Shown: positions 25,413 through 31,250 of the stretch, in pieces
Layout of the letters: the number at the start of each line of letters is the position of its first letter
Numbering within the stretch: the stretch's first letter is position 1
Assembly: GCF_000619845.1 (NCBI RefSeq)
Contig: NZ_JHUX01000009.1
Span: forward strand, 30,001-62,000
Reading direction: 5' to 3'
Source of the DNA: Alkanindiges illinoisensis DSM 15370
Lineage (GTDB): Bacteria > Pseudomonadota > Gammaproteobacteria > Pseudomonadales > Moraxellaceae
Length of the DNA stretch: 32,000 bases
Translations under genes and position numbers: made by a program
Notes under the pieces: model-generated
Told to the model about the DNA's origin: nothing
Seen by the model: the letters and a program-made list of their open reading frames with translations, nothing else
Databases searched by the model: none

Positions 25413-25958
25413 TTAATCTATTTCCTCAAAGTAATAGCCCTGAGCTTTATGGTGACCATCGAATTCGTTGTCATAGCCAAACTGCCACTGTAGATTCTTT
25501 TTTGAAAATGCCCGGTGAGGATTGGAGCTATTTTTTTCTATACAGGCTTTTGCGCCTGCGTTGTAGGTCAGATCAATAATATAGCTATGGCCGTCAATAA
25601 TGATTTCTCGCGGGATAGGCTTTGACGCTTGTTTCTTTAAAATACGATAGGTGAGTTTTTCTAAATCACTGACCTTAATACCTAGATAATCAAAAATTTC
25701 TTGCCTGGCATTATATTCAAGATGAATGACGGATATGCAATCCATCAGGGTACGGGGCTGTAGCTCCTTTAGGAACTGTAGATTAAAAAGGCATTTACTT
25801 CCTTTATAAAAGTTGACGATGAAAAGCCCGGCTATGTAGGCCTCTCTGCTTTCTCCCTGGGCTAAATCGTATAACCGTTCTAATGCCGGTATGCCTGCAT
25901 CATGTGAGGTTTTCTCATAAAGCTTTAGAAAGCTAGGGCTATTGTAATAAGCAGTCAT
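25413..25958 (-). CDS. Hypothetical two-part protein (181 aa) heading the recombinase operon
   Basis: The ORF ends 2 nt before the recombinase ATG. The N-terminal part (ALERLYDLAQGESREAYIAGLFIVNFY...FNLQFLKEL...DCISVIHL) resembles a conserved hypothetical domain I associate with plasmids and ICEs. The C-terminal part (YNAGAKACIEKNSSNPHRAFSKKNLQWQFGY) has an Rmf/CrpP-like pattern. Both assignments are unverified. Confidence 0.55.
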   Translation of the reverse strand: MTAYYNSPSFLKLYEKTSHDAGIPALERLYDLAQGESREAYIAGLFIVNFYKGSKCLFNLQFLKELQPRTLMDCISVIHLEYNARQEIFDYLGIKVSDLEKLTYRILKKQASKPIPREIIIDGHSYIIDLTYNAGAKACIEKNSSNPHRAFSKKNLQWQFGYDNEFDGHHKAQGYYFEEID

Positions 25959-26134
25959 CAGTAAATACCTTTAATCATCGTATCTTGTCCGGCATATCGC
26001 ATTTTGCATCGTTCTCATCTATTTAAATTATGACAATGATCAGAATTTGGTGTTTAGCCCCAATATGGGTATTAATTGCACATAATATAACACCAAAACA
26101 GGGACTTCAAAGTTAATACATAACTAAATTAAAA

Positions 26135-26201
26135 TACAACCCTATTGTTATATGTTTTTTAATGTTGCATTTTATAACAATAGGGTACACCCTATTGTTA
26201 G
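26135..26201. promoter_or_regulatory. Three copies of a CCCTATTGTTA half-site (res/operator-like) in the divergent control region
   Basis: TACAACCCTATTGTTATA lies at 26135-26152. Its inverted copy TATAACAATAGGG lies at 26173-26185. TACACCCTATTGTTAG lies at 26186-26201. The last two form a 12-4-12 dyad (ATAACAATAGGG-TACA-CCCTATTGTTAG, 26174-26201). Confidence 0.6.
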
Positions 26202-26222
26202 TATTTAAGGGTATGATATAAT
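26195..26222 (+). promoter_or_regulatory. Sigma70-type promoter with extended -10 for the zeta-like operon
   Basis: The -35 is TTGTTA (26195-26200), followed by a 16-bp spacer. The extended -10 is TGATATAAT (26214-26222). The -35 is embedded in the third repeat copy. The promoter lies 33 nt upstream of the GTG start at 26255. Confidence 0.55.
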
Positions 26223-26254
26223 TGTTGTCAAGAAAAATACAAACAGGTTAGACA

Positions 26255-27520
26255 GTGGATTTAGCAATTAATAAGTTGGCGCTTGGCGGCGATGAGGAAA
26301 AACTAAAAGTTCAAGCGGCAGTGATTGACCGGGCAAAGAAAGACGGCCAGAAAATTATTGACCAGTATAAACAGCATCCTAGTACCTTCGACGGTCGCTA
26401 TATTTGTTCAGATATGTTTAAGGAAATGTTTCCTGAATTTTCCCAGTCACCGGCCACACGCAACAAGTTCAATAATGCAGTGCATAACACAGCGGCAACA
26501 CTGGCCGCAGAGCATTTTAAGCAAACCATGCGTCAGACTGGAGCTGAAGGACAGGACACCGTTATTTTTCTGACCGGTTCACCGGGGGCAGGTAAAACGT
26601 CCAGTGTGGTCAGTAACATGCAGCTACCTGCAAACGTCAAGGCCGTATATGAGGGCCAGCTCGTCAATGCAACAGATAAAAGCACGCTCGACAAGTTTCA
26701 GCAGGCCATCAACAGCGGTGCAAAGATTGAAGTGATTGCTGTTCATGCACTACCGGAGAATGCGTTAGAGAATACCTTTAAACGGTTTAATGATCCGAAT
26801 GATGGACGGGGAGCCAGTATCGGGACAATGGCCAGGATTCAGGGTAATACGGCTGAAGGACTAGAAAAATTACATGATTTTTTTGGTGACAGGATTAATC
26901 TAAGGGTATTAGATGTTAGACAGCAAGGTAATGCAGTACCCTTAAAAGGTTGGCAACACTTAAATGTACTTAAATCAGAGGGTAACGAGCATGACATTAA
27001 GCAGCGACTTGAAAAACACTTACTCAAGCATTGGCAACAAGGAGCAATTACAAATGAATGTTTTGAACAAGCCGCCTGTGGAAAGGCAGAATTCCACAGA
27101 CTCACACGAGGAACAGATGGACAATCTGCTGGACACAATGGCGGCCAACTTGAATCGCATGAGCCAGGACGAAAATTACCGCAAGGAAGTGGCAGCCAGG
27201 GCAACAACCCCACAAGACAACAGCAAGAAGCCATCTTAAAGCTTAGAGCCGTTGCCTTACACGTTGGTGCAGACGTCAGGCCGCAAATGCCTGGCGAAAC
27301 CAAGGGTAAGATCGTGGCGGAAACCAGTGGATTTATCTTGCAGCGTTTAGGCGAGGGCAGTAAGTTTTTTATGGTTCACGATAAAGCATCACTGGCCACT
27401 GTTCCCCGGATCGACGATGAGGTAAAAATTCTCCATCGCAAAGAACCCAATCAAAAGGCCAGGGTAGAGCTGGTCAATCAAACTCAATCACAGAGCCAGG
27501 GTAAAGGCCGTACCCGATAA
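26255..27520 (+). CDS. Zeta-toxin-like P-loop kinase with a low-complexity linker and a conserved C-terminal module
   Basis: 421 aa with a GTG start. The zeta/PezT-like N-terminus has the Asp-containing ICSDMFKEMFPEF motif followed by VIFLTGSPGAGKTS (Walker A at 26576-26599). A G/Q/S-rich linker follows. The C-terminal approx. 57 aa (27290-27478) are about 50 percent identical by hand alignment to the C-terminus of the 29030-30070 protein. The tail is basic (GKGRTR). Confidence 0.75.
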   Translation: MDLAINKLALGGDEEKLKVQAAVIDRAKKDGQKIIDQYKQHPSTFDGRYICSDMFKEMFPEFSQSPATRNKFNNAVHNTAATLAAEHFKQTMRQTGAEGQDTVIFLTGSPGAGKTSSVVSNMQLPANVKAVYEGQLVNATDKSTLDKFQQAINSGAKIEVIAVHALPENALENTFKRFNDPNDGRGASIGTMARIQGNTAEGLEKLHDFFGDRINLRVLDVRQQGNAVPLKGWQHLNVLKSEGNEHDIKQRLEKHLLKHWQQGAITNECFEQAACGKAEFHRLTRGTDGQSAGHNGGQLESHEPGRKLPQGSGSQGNNPTRQQQEAILKLRAVALHVGADVRPQMPGETKGKIVAETSGFILQRLGEGSKFFMVHDKASLATVPRIDDEVKILHRKEPNQKARVELVNQTQSQSQGKGRTR

Positions 27521-27539
27521 TTTTTAGAATGGTAAAATA

Positions 27540-28496
27540 ATGAGTGCATCTAATATTGTTGAAAATTTTGCGGTGACTTCAATTTGTTATAGTCCTGATG
27601 GTGAGCGACTGGCCACAGCCGGTTACTCTACAACGGAACTTAATATCTGGCAGCTTGGCCAGAATCCTCAGAAAATTGCCACACTTGATTTAGCTGATAC
27701 TCAAAATCCGGTAAATTCAATTAGCTGGAGCCAAGATTATTTATCAGCCATTGCCAATACTGCCCAGGAAATTTTTATCTTTGATCAGCAATTTAACAAG
27801 GTAAAGACCTTAACCAAAGGCATTAGCCGCGAGATTCTGGTTAATCAGTTTAACCACAATGGCCGTGAGCTGCTGGTGGCCACCAGACGACCATTAAACC
27901 AGAGCCTAAAAAAACAGGGCTTAACAGCCGTTCCTGATATTGTGATTTACACCACGCCAAACTGGAATAGCCAGGCCTTTGAAAGTGGCTTTTACATCTT
28001 TGGGGCGAGCTGGTTAAGCGATCTAGTGGTGGTTGCCGGTAATGACCGCGCGAATGAACACCAGTTTTCAGTGGAAGTTTTTAATCCGGCCACTGGCCAG
28101 CAACATAAAATCAGTCTGGGTGCGCCTGCTGATGAAGCACGCCTAGCGGTATTTAAAGATAAGCATAAGATTGGCGTCACCTTTAAAGTGAATAATGACA
28201 GTGACGGTACGTTTGAAAGTCATTTTTATGTACTGCATTATAATAAGGACACCGGCAACTTTCAGGTTTTGCATTCAGCAACCCTGTCCAGTCCTGACCA
28301 GTTCGTTAATGTGGCCTTTACCACTGACTATACCATTTTAGACACTTATATTAATGGCCAGTCCAGGGCTGAAAGTCTGGACGCTTTAGGCAATATACAG
28401 CATGAGAAAACCTTCCAGTATCCAACCACTTATGGCTTGGCCACTTATGATGTGATTACGGCCATTGCTGTTGCTAATGAAGTGATATTTATCTAA
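27540..28496 (+). CDS. WD40-like beta-propeller protein, cytoplasmic
   Basis: 318 aa with no signal peptide. It has one clear WD-like blade (VTSICYSPDGERLATAGYSTTELNIWQL). Repeated beta-strand-rich units follow (NSISWSQDYLSAIA..IFIFD; ELLVATRR; DLVVVAGND..SVEVFN). It starts 19 nt after the kinase gene. Confidence 0.6.
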   Translation: MSASNIVENFAVTSICYSPDGERLATAGYSTTELNIWQLGQNPQKIATLDLADTQNPVNSISWSQDYLSAIANTAQEIFIFDQQFNKVKTLTKGISREILVNQFNHNGRELLVATRRPLNQSLKKQGLTAVPDIVIYTTPNWNSQAFESGFYIFGASWLSDLVVVAGNDRANEHQFSVEVFNPATGQQHKISLGAPADEARLAVFKDKHKIGVTFKVNNDSDGTFESHFYVLHYNKDTGNFQVLHSATLSSPDQFVNVAFTTDYTILDTYINGQSRAESLDALGNIQHEKTFQYPTTYGLATYDVITAIAVANEVIFI

Positions 28497-28542
28497 GGCC
28501 TATAGCAGCGATGATTCACCCTTTCACGGTTTAAGTCTATTT

Positions 28543-28956
28543 ATGAATAACCTAATGATTAAGCTGTTGTTATTGCTTGGATGTACCCTAAGCTTAAATT
28601 TATACGCTAAGGATAATTGGGTTAAGCTCTGGCTCTCCAAGGGTTTATTGGCTTATATGTCTGTAGATCATATCTATCCGCAAGATTCAAATGCTAAGCT
28701 GGTCAATGCCTGGATCAAGTTTGAACAAGTGAACAATAAAGATTATCTTTTGATGCTCTATCAGTTCGACTGCACAGAAAAGTCATTCGATATCTTGCAG
28801 GTAGATAAATACACTGCTGATAATGAATTTCAAAGCCGCATATCTTCCAAGCCAGAAGATAAATCATTGAAAACTTTTTTAAGTCCGAATGATAAGGCCT
28901 TAGAAAACTCCTACAATATTGCTTGCGATTACGCTAAAGCTCATCCGCTACCCTAG
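28543..28956 (+). CDS. Small exported protein, possible lipoprotein
   Basis: 137 aa with the signal peptide MNNLMIKLLLLLGCTLSLNLYA. It has a possible lipobox (LLGC), or alternatively an SPase I site after LYA. Two conserved-looking Cys residues are present (FDCTEKSF ... NIACDY). The pattern resembles the surface-adhesin protein E-like fold; this is from memory and unverified. Confidence 0.6.
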   Translation: MNNLMIKLLLLLGCTLSLNLYAKDNWVKLWLSKGLLAYMSVDHIYPQDSNAKLVNAWIKFEQVNNKDYLLMLYQFDCTEKSFDILQVDKYTADNEFQSRISSKPEDKSLKTFLSPNDKALENSYNIACDYAKAHPLP

Positions 28957-29029
28957 AATATTTTTATTACCTAACTTTCTTCAGGGTTAGTTACTTCATA
29001 ACTGAAATTAATTAAAACGGTTAAATTAG

Positions 29030-30070
29030 ATGGCCAATATCAAGCAGCTCATTGAAGCCAACAAGAACAGCTATGCGCGTCTACGCAATCCCGGATCAGA
29101 CACGCTCGATGAGCTGAAGAATTATAATGTGGTCAAGTATGCAATGGATGAGCGTAGTGATCATGGCGGACTGGCCTATTACAATCCTGAAGACAAAACC
29201 CTGATTGTCGCGCACCGGGGCAGTGAAACCCGGCGTGACTGGCTAGTGACTGATGTTCAGATTGCAGTGGGTGTTAAGGAAACCCTGGCAGATATGGCCG
29301 CCATGCGCTTTACGGATTCTGTGATTGAAAAGCTGGATCGCAATGGCCATGATATTGATTTGATCGTACAGACTGGCCATTCCAAGGGTGGCCGGGAAAG
29401 CCAGATGTGCGTTAAAAAGCTGGTAGAAACCACAGATATTGAATGTATCGGCATGACGTTCAATGCTACCCGGATTCATGGCAAGCAGAAAAATAAGGAT
29501 ATAGATTATCCTAGTGTAAATTTGAGGGTAACTGGGGGATCAGCCTTTTCAACTGATGTGGTCAGCTCGTTTGGCCAGCAGCTTGGCCATAATGTTGATG
29601 TAACCCTGCCCAACGTAAAAAACTTTATCCAGGCGCATAAGCTGTCCACCTTTGACAGTATGATTGAAACCTATCCTGAGTTTAGCAATATGGACATTAA
29701 GGACGTGATGCGTGAAATTAAAAAGGGTGTCCAGCTTGCGTCCATCGAGCAGGGCTACCCTGGGCAACAGCAGAACAACAGTCCACAGGATGTAAAAAGC
29801 CTGATTAATCACTTAACCGGTACGCCGGAAATCCGCACGGCCACACCAGGGACCGTCACCAAAGGGCAGATTGTGGCTCACACCCAAACCCAGGTTGTTC
29901 AGCAGCTTGGTGAGAACAGCAAATTTTTCATGCTACATGATAAGGCCACCTTATCGCGTATTCCTGATATTGGGACGAATGTTCAAATTAAGCACAACAA
30001 GAATTCAAGCCTGAAGGCCGGTGTAGAACATCTGGCACCGCAGCAATTTCCCAAAAAAATGACGAGATAA
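29030..30070 (+). CDS. Class-3-lipase-like alpha/beta hydrolase with the same C-terminal module as the zeta-like kinase
   Basis: 346 aa. It has the lipase_3-like block LIVAHRGSETRRDWLVTDVQ and the nucleophile elbow TGHSKGG (29375-29392). A Q-rich linker follows. The C-terminal module is GQIVAHTQTQVVQQLGENSKFFMLHDKATLSRIPDIGTNVQIKHNKNSSLKAGVEHL (29846-30034). The tail is basic (PKKMTR). Confidence 0.7.
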   Translation: MANIKQLIEANKNSYARLRNPGSDTLDELKNYNVVKYAMDERSDHGGLAYYNPEDKTLIVAHRGSETRRDWLVTDVQIAVGVKETLADMAAMRFTDSVIEKLDRNGHDIDLIVQTGHSKGGRESQMCVKKLVETTDIECIGMTFNATRIHGKQKNKDIDYPSVNLRVTGGSAFSTDVVSSFGQQLGHNVDVTLPNVKNFIQAHKLSTFDSMIETYPEFSNMDIKDVMREIKKGVQLASIEQGYPGQQQNNSPQDVKSLINHLTGTPEIRTATPGTVTKGQIVAHTQTQVVQQLGENSKFFMLHDKATLSRIPDIGTNVQIKHNKNSSLKAGVEHLAPQQFPKKMTR

Positions 30071-30322
30071 AGCAACCTAAGATCCGCACTAGATTTTCAT
30101 TGAGCTTAATGTAAAGTTTTTCGTAGAGCGCGGTATTACTTTGATTTATTAGCAGCTTGGAAAATATTCTTTTTGTGATTAATAAAATTTCAATGCATTG
30201 CTTCAAATTAGCGTTTCTCTTTAAGCATTGATCTAAGCTTGATTAATGATATTCATGCTTATTATTAATTAGGCTTAATACAAGTAGGCAGCCAGCATAC
30301 TCTGGGGTAGGCAAAACCAGCG

Positions 30323-30985
30323 CTATGGTTTTTTGGCTATCGTTTCAAGAGCGGTTTGATTGTCGCTTAGCCAAGAGGCTGTTATCTCACAACGAAATCT
30401 CACCAGTTCTATTATTTTATGATAATCATCAGCTAATGCTCGATTAAAAATAGGTTCATGATGGGCAATTCGATTTCTCAAATATCGAATTTGATCAAGA
30501 TACTGGTAAATCATTGTGCGTCGTTCTGTTATGGTTTTTGCTACATCCATATTGGGTAGTACGCTAGTGAGATAAGGAATCCATAGACGTTCATCATAAC
30601 GTTGAGTAAACATTTTTTGCCAGAACACAAATTTAAGTTCCGGGATAACTTTCCCTGTAGCCTGAGTACTTCGTCGTGCATTCATCAGATCCCTGCGTGG
30701 ACTGTACCCAATGCGCGGGTCGGGTAAGCTTCTTTCAAAAACTGTTGCCCAAGGCCACTGGGTTCCATAAACAGATTCTAAAGCAGCGGCAACAGCATTA
30801 CGGATCACTACCTCACAAAGATGTAACGGCGTTAGTAACGCTCCGGACACTTGTGCATTCCATGCATAAAGGTGCAAAGCTGCCAGCTCATCAACATTTG
30901 CTGTCCCAATGGCCGTTTCATAGGTTGCAATTCGCGCTGGAGAGATTGCTGTTTTTATGGCATTAATCATTGCTTGGTTTGACAT
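30323..30985 (-). CDS. Abi_2-family (AbiD/AbiF-like, HEPN-type) abortive-infection protein
   Basis: 220 aa. Family hallmarks are ISPARIATYE, LHLYAWNAQVSGALLTPLHLCEVVIRNAV, ELKFVFWQKMF and the Rx4-6H HEPN motif within IRYLRNRIAHHEPIF. Confidence 0.8.
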   Translation of the reverse strand: MSNQAMINAIKTAISPARIATYETAIGTANVDELAALHLYAWNAQVSGALLTPLHLCEVVIRNAVAAALESVYGTQWPWATVFERSLPDPRIGYSPRRDLMNARRSTQATGKVIPELKFVFWQKMFTQRYDERLWIPYLTSVLPNMDVAKTITERRTMIYQYLDQIRYLRNRIAHHEPIFNRALADDYHKIIELVRFRCEITASWLSDNQTALETIAKKP

Positions 30986-31006
30986 GTGTAGTATTAACTG
31001 TATAAT
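30979..31006 (+). promoter_or_regulatory. Consensus sigma70 promoter reading away from the abi start codon
   Basis: TTGACA (30979-30984), a 16-bp spacer, then TATAAT (31001-31006). The -35 overlaps the abi ATG (complement of 30983-30985). Confidence 0.55.
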
Positions 31007-31012
31007 AAAGGC

Positions 31013-31096
31013 ACTAGCTATAGGACTTGCGGGCGAAAGCCTCCCCCTGTAGACGTACGATAGTATATGAAAAAACCCGCTTTTTGCGGGTTTTTT
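31013..31096 (+). ncRNA. Candidate short terminated transcript (about 85 nt) from the consensus promoter
   Basis: The predicted start is about 7 nt after the -10. The transcript contains a GGC-GAAA-GCC tetraloop hairpin (31032-31042). It ends in a strong intrinsic terminator. No convincing ORF lies inside. The call rests on promoter and terminator geometry only. Confidence 0.3.
31070..31096. terminator. Rho-independent terminator (bidirectional A-tract/stem/T-tract)
   Basis: The sequence is AAAAAA-CCCGC-TTTTT-GCGGG-TTTTTT. Confidence 0.75.
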
Positions 31097-31250
31097 CTTG
31101 TCGTTTTAACATGAAATTTATTCTAAAAAATAGATACATAGCCATGTGCGTTTGGTACGAAAAGTGTGGCTAATAATCAAATCGCATAAGACATTATGGG
31201 TTAAACTCGTATGATCCCAACCTAATTCATCGTGATTTGATCTTGATGAT

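Noticed and set aside
26839-27303. 154-aa Cys-rich minus-strand ORF and a 91-aa plus-strand alternate-frame ORF (26964-27239) overlapping the linker of the zeta-like gene; I considered a frameshift or overlapping gene
   Set aside because: The main frame is uninterrupted for 421 codons and links a recognisable kinase N-terminus to the conserved C-terminal module in the same frame. The region is a compositionally biased linker, which readily produces long alternate-frame ORFs. An RNA or protein-level check would still be needed to exclude the plus-strand alternate frame completely.
29988-30206. 72-aa minus-strand ORF spanning the end of the lipase-like gene and the AT-rich intergenic region
   Set aside because: It overlaps the conserved C-terminal tail of the plus-strand gene, has no RBS and is of low complexity. 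It is probably spurious.
31067-31114. 15-codon hydrophobic mini-ORF (MKKPAFCGFFLVVLT) overlapping the terminator; considered as a type I toxin peptide
   Set aside because: It has no Shine-Dalgarno sequence and is shorter than known type I toxins. Its sequence is dictated by the terminator stem and T-tract.
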